Source: a virus
Taxonomy: Duplodnaviria > Caudoviricetes
Direction: 5' to 3' (one strand)
DNA length: 64,000 nucleotides
Virus record (IMG/VR): IMGVR_UViG_3300036766_002286
Positions 38,371-48,213 of the stretch are shown piece by piece; within the stretch, counting starts at the first letter, position 1; each line of letters begins with the position of its first letter. The notes beneath the pieces were generated by a model, which was not told the DNA's origin, searched no databases, and saw only the letters and a list, made by a program, of their open reading frames with translations. The position numbers and the translations under genes were made by a program.

Positions 38371-38525
38371 TGGCTAACTCCACGCATCGGTTTGCCTAGT
38401 TTCTTTATAAGCCGCCTAGTTTCAGCAGGTAACCCGCGCCCTTCGGCAGATGGTACTCTGTAGTGGGGTTCTTTCTCTAGTCTCTTACGTGCTCGCAGTA
38501 GAGCTTTACCAGTCAAAGCTTTCAT
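38367..38525 (-). CDS. 52-aa basic mini-protein (not in ORF track)
   Basis: MKALTGKALLRARKRL...SAEGRGL. Confidence 0.7.
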   Translation of the reverse strand: MKALTGKALLRARKRLEKEPHYRVPSAEGRGLPAETRRLIKKLGKPMRGVSQ

Positions 38526-38526
38526 A

Positions 38527-38757
38527 CTAAAGTTCTTCTCCTGCTACACCAGCGCTATAAGCTTTCTCTTTTAATTCTTTGACATATGTCTCAATATCGT
38601 CATAGGCATTATATACATAGTCCTGTGAGCTGCCTATCTGAAAATCAAGGTCATCATCCTGAAAATCATGGTCATCATCGTCATCATCATGCTCCTCACT
38701 TAGACCGACTCGCTGGTCTCCATATTCTTCTACTAACTCAAATAAATTCTTGTCCAT
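38527..38757 (-). CDS. Acidic hypothetical, 'LFEL..EYG' family
   Basis: LFELVEEYG...IETYV. Confidence 0.7.
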   Translation of the reverse strand: MDKNLFELVEEYGDQRVGLSEEHDDDDDDHDFQDDDLDFQIGSSQDYVYNAYDDIETYVKELKEKAYSAGVAGEEL

Positions 38758-38766
38758 AAGGGTCTC

Positions 38767-38958
38767 CTAGTTATTTAATTCCCCAAGACACTGCTCTATA
38801 TTAGAATACGTTAAATCTATAGCATTCTGCAACCTCTTTTCGTCCAACCCGTCCAACCCTATTGAACTTGACATTGCAAGACTTTTACAGCGTTCTCCAT
38901 ATTCTCGCACCAATTCCAGCAGTTTTTCCTGAGTTATCTTTTCTTTACTATCTGCCAT
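38767..38958 (-). CDS. Hypothetical, 'LFEL..EYG' family
   Basis: LLELVREYGE. Confidence 0.7.
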   Translation of the reverse strand: MADSKEKITQEKLLELVREYGERCKSLAMSSSIGLDGLDEKRLQNAIDLTYSNIEQCLGELNN

Positions 38959-39030
38959 ATTTAGTCTCCTAGTTTTGTATAAACACCCACACAAACCTTA
39001 AAATAACGCTGCCTGCTCTAGTTTTAATTT

Positions 39031-39282
39031 CTACTTTTTGCTTTCGGCTTTTATCTTAGCGTCTTTTATCTTGCCTTTAGCTTTACCTACTAATGCCTGC
39101 GCTCTATCTCTGGCAGTTTGTGTTTCTATAACAACCAATTTGGCTGCTGCATATTCAGGGGTTATGGTGGCCTCTAGTGCTGTTCTTGCCGCACGTACAG
39201 CTTCTGATGCTTTAACCAAATCTGCTTCAAATTGCACCAAGTCTTCTTCACTATATTCTACTACATTTGCTGCATCACTCAT
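39031..39282 (-). CDS. Helical hypothetical protein
   Basis: Promoter/leader cassette; N- and C-parts shared with 39936 gene. Confidence 0.75.
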   Translation of the reverse strand: MSDAANVVEYSEEDLVQFEADLVKASEAVRAARTALEATITPEYAAAKLVVIETQTARDRAQALVGKAKGKIKDAKIKAESKK

Positions 39283-39409
39283 TATCTTCCCCTCCCGGGT
39301 CTATAGTATGGCTTATGCCATATGTATTACTATGTCGGCGTTTTTGCTCCGAGCAAGTATTTATATCTCAGTTACATGGATGAAAGTCTTAGAATATTCG
39401 AGCCAGCGC

Positions 39410-39793
39410 TTATCTTTTTTTGTCTTTCAGATACTTAATAATAAGATAGCGGTCAGCATTCTCATAGACGCTAATCTGATTATAAGGCGCTTCGTCCCAA
39501 ACCCGCAGTTCGCTCGCACCGTCTCTGGAGATTCCTACTTCAATGTGTGAAAATTGTTTTTTGGGACGTTTCCATGCTAAGTCTATCTTACCACTACCAA
39601 CCTGATTTGTAGGCCAAATATTATAAAAGTCAGGAAATTCAAGCTTTTCATGTGCTACCGCCTCAATTAAAGCAACCGCAGATACCACAGCTGCTTCAGT
39701 AACCATCCTACCATCGTCGGTCAACCAACCCGTCTCGCTTTTAGATAATTTTATTAATTCGCCCGACTCACATTTTAAAGTAACCTCATTCAT
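39410..39793 (-). CDS. Hypothetical, 'GW...PTxEGG..W' family
   Basis: GWLTDDG..EAAV...IWPT...LAW..IEVGI..G.SEL.VW. Confidence 0.7.
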   Translation of the reverse strand: MNEVTLKCESGELIKLSKSETGWLTDDGRMVTEAAVVSAVALIEAVAHEKLEFPDFYNIWPTNQVGSGKIDLAWKRPKKQFSHIEVGISRDGASELRVWDEAPYNQISVYENADRYLIIKYLKDKKR

Positions 39794-39935
39794 TATCTAA
39801 CCCCCAAGGTTCATAGCCAGATTTCTCTCGTATAGGTTATTATGCGGGTATTTTTGCTCTGGGCAAGTATTTATGCACTAAAGTATGTTTTACCATGATA
39901 ACGTGAAACACTAATAGCAATCGTTTTTGTCACCT

Positions 39936-40760
39936 TTATTCCATTGATGTACCAGGCTCCGTCGGTGCAGTTTGTGCCTCCTGCCTAGCCAAAAATCTAC
40001 TTCCTATAATCCAATAACCAATCAAAGCCAATACAGCTAATATAATAACGATCGGAACTGTCGGAAATGATGAACCAGATCCCGCGCCACTTGCTTCACT
40101 AATAACAAAAAGGTCAAATGCCTCCTGTCCAGTGCCAGATAACGAAACCGTATCATCATCAACTTGAGTGAACGCTGGACTTGCTTCAACAATTTTACCT
40201 GGGAATGAGATCTCAAAATTCATTGACCCACCAGTCACCTCCGAGGCAGAACCAGACGGGGCGTCTTGCTTGATCGAAAATTTAATACGACCGTCGGCCA
40301 AGACTTCTGCTTTCCCAAGGCCGTTCTCCAGATCTGTCAGTGGCATATCAACAAAAGTAAAAGTTTCCTCATAGCCGGTATCTGTTTCTTTTGTGGAAAT
40401 GGAACTCCCGGCAGGCAGGGGCGAATCACCGCTTTGCTCCACCATATCTTCAAACATTTGAGCATTCGTGATCCCAAAAGCTGAGGCTGCCTCTTTAGTA
40501 ATTTCGAGCTTAAAAGTTCCGGATGCCAAGGCTTTGGAGTCGAGAGCTATTTTCATATCAATCTTAATACAACCAGACAATAAAAGAACAGCACTTCCCG
40601 CAAGAAGTGCTAGCCTAACAAGCCTTATTTTACCCGTCATTTTACGGATCAGTAGTTGCATTCTGTTTCGGGCAGTCTGTGTTTCTATGGTAACAATGTT
40701 AACACCAGACTGTACTACGTTTTCTTCGCTATACTCTGCCACTGTTGTTGCATCACTCAT
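39936..40760 (-). CDS. LppM-like lipoprotein with C-terminal TM anchor, fused behind a native N-terminus
   Basis: Lipobox LLLSGC, FEISFPGKIV, C-terminal TM. Confidence 0.7.
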   Translation of the reverse strand: MSDATTVAEYSEENVVQSGVNIVTIETQTARNRMQLLIRKMTGKIRLVRLALLAGSAVLLLSGCIKIDMKIALDSKALASGTFKLEITKEAASAFGITNAQMFEDMVEQSGDSPLPAGSSISTKETDTGYEETFTFVDMPLTDLENGLGKAEVLADGRIKFSIKQDAPSGSASEVTGGSMNFEISFPGKIVEASPAFTQVDDDTVSLSGTGQEAFDLFVISEASGAGSGSSFPTVPIVIILAVLALIGYWIIGSRFLARQEAQTAPTEPGTSME

Positions 40761-40949
40761 TATACTACCCTCCTAGGGTTTTTATAGTCCGGACTTTGCT
40801 TTGACTACTATGTCGATGTTTTAATTATGGGCAAGTATTTGTGTACTAAAGTATGTTTTGCAGTCATTTGGGGAATAAATATCCCAGCCTAATAGTTGTA
40901 ATATAGTAATACTCCCAGACAGTATACTAGACCTATTTAGGAGATTATT

Positions 40950-41279
40950 ATGTCAGACAACATTATTGAGGCTACTTCTACTACGTTTGATGAACTTATT
41001 ACGTCCTCTAAACTCCCAGTTATAATAGATCTCTGGGCTCCCTGGTGCGGCCCTTGTTTGACTTTTGCCCCCATTTTAGCACAAGTCGCAATCAAATATA
41101 AAGATAAGTTAATTGTAGCAAAACTTAATGTAGACGAAAACAGCGATATTTCAAATCGCTATGATGTTAAAGGAATACCCACTCTTTTGGTATTCAAAAA
41201 TGCAAAATTACAAACCCGGCTTGTAGGTGCCAGATCAAAAATACAGCTTGAAGCAGATCTTAAAGAGTTTATCTCTTAA
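40950..41279 (+). CDS. trxA: Thioredoxin
   Basis: DLWAPWCGPC, KLNVDEN, GIPTL. Confidence 0.96.
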   Translation: MSDNIIEATSTTFDELITSSKLPVIIDLWAPWCGPCLTFAPILAQVAIKYKDKLIVAKLNVDENSDISNRYDVKGIPTLLVFKNAKLQTRLVGARSKIQLEADLKEFIS

Positions 41280-41728
41280 TACGATTCAAACAAAGCATTC
41301 CAATTTTGATGTGCCCAGTCTTTTACGTGCGCAACAACCGTAGCTGTATCAATATTTTCAATAATTTCAGGCCTTCGCTCCGAGCTATTTGGGAAAAAGT
41401 CACCACCATAAAGCCATAGTTCGGCTTCACCACTGCGAGCAATGTTTACTACAATATTTGTTTCTATCCGAACCCAATATAATTTGATTCCGCCCTCAGG
41501 CGTTGGATAGATATGAGGGCACGTGAGATATTCAGGGTCAACATTTTCTCGCCATAATACTATCAACATGTCCGAAGCTCTACGTATGGCGGCTTCTTCA
41601 ACTTTTTCTCCACTAGGTGTCCAACCTTTCTCGAGTTTGCTAGTCGCCAACAACGAGTCCACGGCACTTCTAAAATACGCATCATTACAAATACCATCTG
41701 GCATTTTGAGTTGATACAGGTTTTCCAT
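41276..41728 (-). CDS. Hypothetical, 'GW...PTxEGG..W' family
   Basis: MENLY..P, EAAIRRASD, IYPTPEGGIKLYW. Confidence 0.8.
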   Translation of the reverse strand: MENLYQLKMPDGICNDAYFRSAVDSLLATSKLEKGWTPSGEKVEEAAIRRASDMLIVLWRENVDPEYLTCPHIYPTPEGGIKLYWVRIETNIVVNIARSGEAELWLYGGDFFPNSSERRPEIIENIDTATVVAHVKDWAHQNWNALFESY

Positions 41729-41831
41729 GGTTTATATTGTGTCACCTCCCGTCTAATAAGCAACATTATAAATCCTCATAATACAGCTATAAAAGTCTTA
41801 AAGTTCCCGAGACAAGTCTCAATTTTTATTT

Positions 41832-42241
41832 TCATATATTTCGCAGCATTTCAATAATAGTAGCCATATCAACATCTTCAGTAAAACTCCCATTACTATC
41901 CGTAAACTGATCATCGAGCCCGTCAACCCGCCAAACTCGTAAATTGGCACTACCAGTAGGACGGATCTCGACTTCAATATACTGTTTTTTAGGAAATGCC
42001 ATTCTAGCTGTAAACCTCCCTCTTCGCTAGCATATATGGTTGGAGGTAAAAGTTTTCTTTGCCATAATTCTGTCATGATATCACTTGCCCGTCTAACAGT
42101 TGCTTCTGTAATTGCTTGGCCGCTGCCCCATAACCACCCATCTTCGAGGGTAGCCAACACAGCTAGTCTGTCAGCTGAAGCTTTAAAATCACTATCATTA
42201 TAAATAGCGTCCGGGAGTCCTATAGGATACAAATTTTCCAT
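41832..42241 (-). CDS. Same family, frameshifted near 41985
   Basis: Shifted frame gives QYIEVEIRPTGSANLRVW...DVDMATIIEMLRNI, the family C-terminus. Confidence 0.75.
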
Positions 42242-42326
42242 GATTTATATTGTACCGGCCGCCTTCTTACAGTCAACAACCTTAACTTATCTATATTTGG
42301 GTAATTGGCTTTTGCTTACTTACTTT

Positions 42327-42734
42327 TTAGTATTGTATATCTAATACTTTCACGTGTCCAATAATAGTAGCCATATCGACGTCTTTCAAAGTTTCATCAG
42401 GACCACTTAAATTGCCACCATCATTTTCATAAATAACTATATTGGCTTTACCATCGTTCTCAATTTCTATTCCAAAATCTCCTTTTACCAGATCCCAACT
42501 GATATAAGCACTGCCATCCCCACCTCTATAAATACAAGGAGCCGGTAGTTTTTCACGAAATAATCCTATAAGTATATCTCCTGTGCGACAAACAGCCTGC
42601 TCTTCGATTCTATCACTCGTCCCAGCCCAGTTCGAACTTGATTTGGACAGCCTCATTAAAGCATCTGCGGCTTGTTTGAAGTGTTTATCATTACAAATAT
42701 CATCAGGCAGTTCAAACGAATATAAATTTTCCAT
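42327..42734 (-). CDS. Same family
   Basis: MENLYSFELP...DVDMATII. Confidence 0.8.
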   Translation of the reverse strand: MENLYSFELPDDICNDKHFKQAADALMRLSKSSSNWAGTSDRIEEQAVCRTGDILIGLFREKLPAPCIYRGGDGSAYISWDLVKGDFGIEIENDGKANIVIYENDGGNLSGPDETLKDVDMATIIGHVKVLDIQY

Positions 42735-42847
42735 GATTTATATTGTGCCAAATGCTTTCCTGCCGGCAACAACTTAAATCATTATATAATAGGTTTAATA
42801 CTCCACCTAAATCTATCATATTTATTATAGAAACAGCCTCTATATAA

Positions 42848-43230
42848 CTAATCTCGCAGCTGTGTAATAATAGCAGCGAGATCAGTATCAATAATGGTTA
42901 CAGGTTCCCCTTCAAAGTCTGTAACACTGAAACTATCTTGGGAAAACAATTGCGCACTCCCATCTGGTTCTATTTGTACATAAATATCTCGCCCCATTAC
43001 GTCCCAGCTCAGCGAAACGCCGCCCCCAAAATTTCCGAATATGTATGGAGGCATAAGATTTTCCTGTAGCAACCCCACAAGCACATCACTAGCACGTCTA
43101 ACAGCTGGTTCTGCAATTCCTTTATCTGCAGCCAAGTCTAAGAGACTCATCGCAGCATCACTATAAACTTCAGAATTATAAACAGCCGCCGGTAACTCAA
43201 AAGGGTATAGATTTTTATTGTCTTTTTCAT
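42848..43230 (-). CDS. Same family, frameshift in A-run just after ATG 43230
   Basis: Upstream frame NKNLYPFELPAAVYNS continues into the ORF. Confidence 0.75.
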
Positions 43231-43252
43231 TTATTATTTTCAGACTTCTCTA

Positions 43253-43657
43253 TTAATCTTTGTTTGTTCCAAGTTTTAGATATGTAACAATATCAACAAT
43301 AGTAGCGTTTTCTACATATATAGCAGCTTCCTCTCCCCAAGGTTTTTCACCCATAGCGTGCATACACGCCGCACCATTAGTGTCAATATTCACCGAAATA
43401 TCTCGCCCGCCATGTTCCCACTCTAATTGTATTCCTCCTTCAGGCGTAGGATAGACAAGTGGCGGGGCAACATTTTCGCGTAGTAATTCTATTAAAATGT
43501 CTCCGGCCCGTCTAACGGCTATTTCAAAGGGTGTTTCTCCATCTTCATGCCAGCTTTCATCAATCTTGGATATTTCTATTAGGTTCGTAGCCGCTGCACG
43601 AAATTTCTTGTCCGCATAAAGGGCCTTCGGCACATCAAAAGTGAAGAGGGGTTTCAT
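43253..43657 (-). CDS. Same family
   Basis: AVRRAGDIL...VYPTPEGGIQLEW. Confidence 0.8.
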   Translation of the reverse strand: MKPLFTFDVPKALYADKKFRAAATNLIEISKIDESWHEDGETPFEIAVRRAGDILIELLRENVAPPLVYPTPEGGIQLEWEHGGRDISVNIDTNGAACMHAMGEKPWGEEAAIYVENATIVDIVTYLKLGTNKD

Positions 43658-43737
43658 ACTGTATATTGTGTCAAACAGTTCTCAATGTGCAATCAAGTAT
43701 TTTTATTACTTTTAATTCAATGTAAATGTATGTTCTC

Positions 43738-44115
43738 TTAGTTTTTCAAGACCGCAACCAGAGTTGCAATATCAATGTCTTTAGTAATCACAGCTGATTC
43801 ATACATTCTAGTAGGGTTCAAGGTTCTATCCCAGACATATAAGTTGGCACAACCATTATCTTTAAATCTCACCGCTATTTCTCCTCTTGCCACCACCCAG
43901 CTTAATACAAGCTCACCTTTTCTGTTAATATTAAAATATGGAGCAGGACAATTCTCAGCCACAAGACCTATAAGCATATCCCCGGCGCGGCGTATTGCCG
44001 CCTCTGAGTGCTCATTGTATTTAGCGGCCTCTAATAAACCGTTAACTGGAAAGCGGTAAGATTTATAGTTTATAACATTCTCCGGAAGTGCGAACGGGTA
44101 CATGCTATTTTTCAT
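43738..44115 (-). CDS. Same family
   Basis: EAAIRRAGDML...LSW...DIDIATLV. Confidence 0.8.
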   Translation of the reverse strand: MKNSMYPFALPENVINYKSYRFPVNGLLEAAKYNEHSEAAIRRAGDMLIGLVAENCPAPYFNINRKGELVLSWVVARGEIAVRFKDNGCANLYVWDRTLNPTRMYESAVITKDIDIATLVAVLKN

Positions 44116-44175
44116 TTCTTATACCACACGGCGAGCATGTTTTTACAAGGGCGGAGGAAGCATGACATACTTTAG

Positions 44176-44345
44176 GTCGCCAATAAGGTCCTCTACCGTT
44201 CCTTTTGAGTGTTGTTTAGTGACACTTTAGGAGCTCGATCTTGCGACCGAACAGTTCTTGTTTTATACAACCATTGCTGGTTGCTTTAAGATTGACGCTT
44301 CATCGGCCACAACGTTTATATCTGACATTAAAGATACTTTAGTTT
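44176..44345 (-). ncRNA. Putative omegaRNA of the first TnpB
   Basis: TCGGTC-GCAA-GATCGA hairpin; scaffold ends AACGG; guide would start TAGAGGACCTTATTGG; 5' limit approximate. Confidence 0.55.
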
Positions 44346-45707
44346 TATGTAGGCCTCCGCGTCCAGTCCCCGAGCTACTCTCGGAGGTATTGCATAAACC
44401 CAACTTTGCTAGGTTTATTGCTGCGTTCAGATCTCTATCGATGATAAGCCCGCAGTTATTACATTTGAACTCTCGTTCAGAGAGAAGTAGTTTGGCTTTC
44501 ACTACCTCACACCGTGAACAAGTCTTACTTGACGGATACCACTGGTCGGCTTGTATTAAAACAGATCCGTACCAGGCAGTCTTATATTTTAATTGCCGTA
44601 TAAATTCCCCCCAGCCGGCATCATATATTGCTTTGCTTAAATGATGATTCTGGGCCATACCAAGAATGCCCAATGTCTCAACTACGATAACGTCACAAGT
44701 TTTGGCTAGAAATGTGGTGCTTTTGTTAATGACATCCCGGCGGACGTTTGCGATATTGCGCTGAACTCTGGTTACTCTGCTGTTAGCTTTTTTCCAGCGT
44801 GCGGAAGGTTCCACTCCGGGAGCTGGACCTATCTTGCGGGCGGCCTTGCGTTGTGCTCGGCACAGTGACTGTTCTGATTGTTTAGTATGTTTAGGATTAG
44901 GAACGTCTAGTATAGTATTCCCATTACAGTCGGCTACCTTATATAGGGTTGTCACACCGAGGTCAACCCCAACTATTTTCACAGGGAGACGCGTCGGGGT
45001 GATCGCCGCTTCTACTTCTACCGTGAAGCTGACAAACCATTTCCCGCCCGAGCGCGAAAGAGTTGCACTCAAAATACGGGCAGTAGCTGCCTCAATTCTC
45101 CGAGCCAGCTTACGGGTACTTTCGTGAGTGCGGATCTGACCTATAACTGGAAGAAGTACATGGTGACGATCGACAGTCACCCCAATGTTCCCTGTCGTGA
45201 ACCGAACACTCTCATGTTGGCCGCGTTTATGGTACTTAGGAAACCCGACTGATTTACCTTTACGTTTTCCTGTTAAAGAATCGCGATGGTTCGATAACCC
45301 CAAAGATAATCGTTTAGTCCCATCCGAGTAGGCTTCTTTAGAGTTCTCTCTCCACCATGGAGCAACAATGTCTTTCTTTGCGTTCCAATGCTTTCTTAAA
45401 TCATAATGTGAGCTTGGAAAATAGGGTGTCAGTTCATTTTCCGCCACACCGGAGGCGATCTCAGCTTTTCTTTGATCGCGAGCGGCTTTCACACAGCTGA
45501 GAAGATAATTGTAAGCATATCTGGAGGCTCCCACATGAGAATGAAATGCTCGCTCCTGAGTAGGGGATGGATCTAGTGCGAACTTGTAAGCTCGATGGAT
45601 TACACTCATAAAGGTTTAACTTGTTCAAGTGCCAGCTTTGTCAGCCCAATCAGATGTAACATATACCTATTATCGTTACCAGATGTCATTAAATGACACT
45701 TGAGGCC
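44196..45707 (-). mobile_element. Non-autonomous IS607-like element (tnpB only)
   Basis: Right end ...GGAACGG; GG at proposed left end; AAGTGTCA near both ends; no tnpA. Confidence 0.6.
44263..45609 (-). CDS. tnpB: TnpB RNA-guided nuclease, RuvC triad intact
   Basis: AYKFALDP, VGVDLG, IVVETL, PSSKTCSRC, CxxC, DRDLNAAIN. Confidence 0.95.
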   Translation of the reverse strand: MSVIHRAYKFALDPSPTQERAFHSHVGASRYAYNYLLSCVKAARDQRKAEIASGVAENELTPYFPSSHYDLRKHWNAKKDIVAPWWRENSKEAYSDGTKRLSLGLSNHRDSLTGKRKGKSVGFPKYHKRGQHESVRFTTGNIGVTVDRHHVLLPVIGQIRTHESTRKLARRIEAATARILSATLSRSGGKWFVSFTVEVEAAITPTRLPVKIVGVDLGVTTLYKVADCNGNTILDVPNPKHTKQSEQSLCRAQRKAARKIGPAPGVEPSARWKKANSRVTRVQRNIANVRRDVINKSTTFLAKTCDVIVVETLGILGMAQNHHLSKAIYDAGWGEFIRQLKYKTAWYGSVLIQADQWYPSSKTCSRCEVVKAKLLLSEREFKCNNCGLIIDRDLNAAINLAKLGLCNTSESSSGTGRGGLHKTKVSLMSDINVVADEASILKQPAMVV

Positions 45708-45746
45708 ACTTGATCTTATACTGCTCGCAACCCTATTTCTCTTTAT

Positions 45747-46860
45747 TTGAACCTCTCTACGGACTTCTCCGAGAGATTTCGGAGAATTATCCGACATGGC
45801 ATAACTCTTTTATATTCGAGGCCAGCTCCTGGCCCAATATTAGAGTGTTCACAGCCGCGTTAATATCGCGATCGTGTTTGGTTCCACAACCACTACACTT
45901 CCAATGTCTTACTGTCATCATGTCCCAACCTGTAGGGCCTGTTAAGGCCTCACAGTTTGAGCATGTACGAGTGGAATTCTTAGAAGGAACTTCAATATAA
46001 CGCGTACCGAAGGCTCGGCTCTTGTATGCGAGTTGTCTTTGAAGCTCCCCGTGACTGGCTGCAGCCACTGACTTTCCTAGCTTTTTGCTATACCTCCAAT
46101 ATTATCTTTAGAGAATGCTATAAAAGAATTTTCTTGTACTAGACGTAGTGACTGTTTATGGTTACGGTCTTTACACTGGTTTTTGGTTCGTTCTTGTATT
46201 CTGGCCGCCAGTTTACGATTTTTACCGCGTTGAGCTTGGCCTAGACGTTTTTGGGATTGTTGTGCTTCTTTAGGATGAGGAATTTTCTCACCAGTTGATA
46301 AGGTTAGTAAATCTATAAATCCGGGATCTATACCAATTTTACCAAAAGCTTTACGCTCAATAGGTGCCCGGTCCGCATCAATAAAAAGACACAAATACCA
46401 TCCAGAGGCACGTTTTAATATACGACCGCATTTAATTTTACCTGTGGGAAGAGTTTGTTTATGAAAACGTACTTGACCTATACTCGGCAATTTAATGCAG
46501 TTACCTTCAGGCGCACTAATAGGGTCTGGAAATGGTATAGAGTTTAGCTTACGGCGGTTGCCTTTCAGTTTAGGTTTACCACCGAGTTTTTTGAAACACT
46601 TCTGCCAGGAGGTATAAACAGTATCTAATATGCCTTGAAGGGTGTGACTTGGAATACCAATTTTCTTTCCGTGGCCAGCGAGAAGATTTATGAAATCGTA
46701 GCGCGTATAATAAATACCATATTTAGCATCTTGCTCGATCTTACGAATAGCCCAGTTATAAACTCCAGTAAGAGAAAATAACCAGTCGTTCATTTCTTTT
46801 TCTTGTTTCGGTGTAAGTCTGAGTTTAACCTGGTGCTGGATCATATGATTGTTACGTACA
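45747..46860 (-). mobile_element. Non-autonomous IS200/IS605-like element (tnpB only); left end approximate
   Basis: Subterminal hairpin CTCTCGGA-GAAG-TCCGTAGAGAG followed by GTTCAA right end. Confidence 0.65.
45787..46844 (-). CDS. tnpB: TnpB, split by a single-base deletion near 46082
   Basis: KIGIDPG, restored GIAKKLGKSVAAASHG, STRTCSNC, WKCSGC, HDRDINAAVN. Confidence 0.88.
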
Positions 46861-46941
46861 CCGTGCTCGTCTTGGATCTATAAATATTCACATAGAATAT
46901 TGTGCATATATTTGATATATATATACAAGTAACTAGCATGG

Positions 46942-47262
46942 TTATTTTTGTTTTCTAAGCCACTTGTGTGTCTTATCTTCAAACGGCTCAAAGTTATGGG
47001 CCTCTTCTGCGATCTCGAGTGCTATTTTTAGCGCTTGTCTATCAACTTGGGCACAGTTTAGCTTTTCTTGCTCATCTGGTTGTCCTTTTGCATGCAGTGC
47101 TGCTACATCACTAGCATACGCCTTATCCGCTGCAATGTACACAGCCTTGAGCGAATCTTCGGCAAAAACAAGTTTGTCGATTGCTACCTTGTTACGTTTC
47201 TCGAATCTATAGTCGCTCCAGCGTCCGCAATAATATCTAATGCCTTCAAATATATCAACCAT
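46942..47262 (-). CDS. Hypothetical, 'GQPD.QEK' family
   Basis: GQPDEQEKLN.A..D...AEEAHNF. Confidence 0.75.
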   Translation of the reverse strand: MVDIFEGIRYYCGRWSDYRFEKRNKVAIDKLVFAEDSLKAVYIAADKAYASDVAALHAKGQPDEQEKLNCAQVDRQALKIALEIAEEAHNFEPFEDKTHKWLRKQK

Positions 47263-47507
47263 CAGGTTCTCCGATACTCGATAATTTCATCGCCGGATGT
47301 TACTAATAAACAGCCACTATCATCCCAAACCTCTTGTCTATCCTCATGATACAATTGTCTGATATCAGCAGTATCATCTATCTGATCCCAATTATCTTTA
47401 TTATCTGCACGAGGTATCGCATCTAAGGGTGTGTCAGCCATGACATCGCTAACACAGTGTATCAACTCGATTCGATGGACAGTATATTTCTTAAGTTCCA
47501 TATTCAC
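47262..47507 (-). CDS. Hypothetical protein
   Basis: Coupled array. Confidence 0.6.
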   Translation of the reverse strand: MNMELKKYTVHRIELIHCVSDVMADTPLDAIPRADNKDNWDQIDDTADIRQLYHEDRQEVWDDSGCLLVTSGDEIIEYRRT

Positions 47508-47806
47508 GATAACTCCTCTGTTTTTTTAGCGTAGTTAGCTAAAGTCAAATACTTAACACTGGCTTTTCCATGCCGGTCCACAGCGTCCCTTAATTTTTCC
47601 GTATTAGCTAAATTTCTTTCAACAATTATTCTATATTTTTCTATCGCCACACTAAAAGCAAATCCAGCATCATACCGATTAGACATTTCACAAACGTCAT
47701 GTGCCAATTTTTCAAGAATTTTACCTTCTTCAACTAATGCAAACAGCTCAACACACTCTGTCTCGGCCTGCCTATATTCCGCTTCAGCTATCTCTATTTC
47801 TGTCAT
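47504..47806 (-). CDS. Hypothetical, 'N.EKL' family
   Basis: NTEKLRDAVDRH. Confidence 0.7.
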   Translation of the reverse strand: MTEIEIAEAEYRQAETECVELFALVEEGKILEKLAHDVCEMSNRYDAGFAFSVAIEKYRIIVERNLANTEKLRDAVDRHGKASVKYLTLANYAKKTEELS

Positions 47807-48213
47807 TTTATCTTCTCCTGTGGGTATTTTTCTTTTAATTTATGAAATATATTCTTATAGTTAGTGAACGCTAAAGACAGCTTATCATCAGCCTCTCTTA
47901 GTTTCTCTAAGTTATCGTTGTATCTCTCATCAAGTATTTTAAACTCTTCCACAGCTGTTGCTAAAACATCTGTACCGTGGTCTAAAGGTGCTCTTTCGGC
48001 AGCGAGTTTCGTCGCATGAAACAAGGGCCAAATTGCTCCAATTTCTCTATTAATTACCTCTTTTTCATTAAACATCTCAAAGAATTTTTTTGTGGCTGCA
48101 TTTAGTTCTGTCATGTCATTATACAATCCCTCATCAAACGCCGACCAATCCGCACCAACTTCAAAGCGCTTTTCTCTGGCTGTTCTCAGCTCGCTAAAAT
48201 TATTATATTTCAT
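47803..48213 (-). CDS. Hypothetical, 'N.EKL' family
   Basis: VLATAVEEF...NLEKLREA. Confidence 0.7.
   Translation of the reverse strand: MKYNNFSELRTAREKRFEVGADWSAFDEGLYNDMTELNAATKKFFEMFNEKEVINREIGAIWPLFHATKLAAERAPLDHGTDVLATAVEEFKILDERYNDNLEKLREADDKLSLAFTNYKNIFHKLKEKYPQEKIK

Noticed and set aside
45606-45797. 63-aa ORF between the two tnpB genes
   Set aside because: It spans the IS605 right-end hairpin, the guide region and the IS607 left end, so it is probably fortuitous; at most its last codons are a tnpA remnant.
46060-46095. Programmed frameshift or amber readthrough in tnpB
   Set aside because: Same one-base homopolymer loss as at several unrelated loci; read-through of the TAG gives a non-homologous frame.
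44263-46844. Type V CRISPR effector (Cas12f-like)
   Set aside because: IS-type ends are present and no CRISPR array is adjacent.
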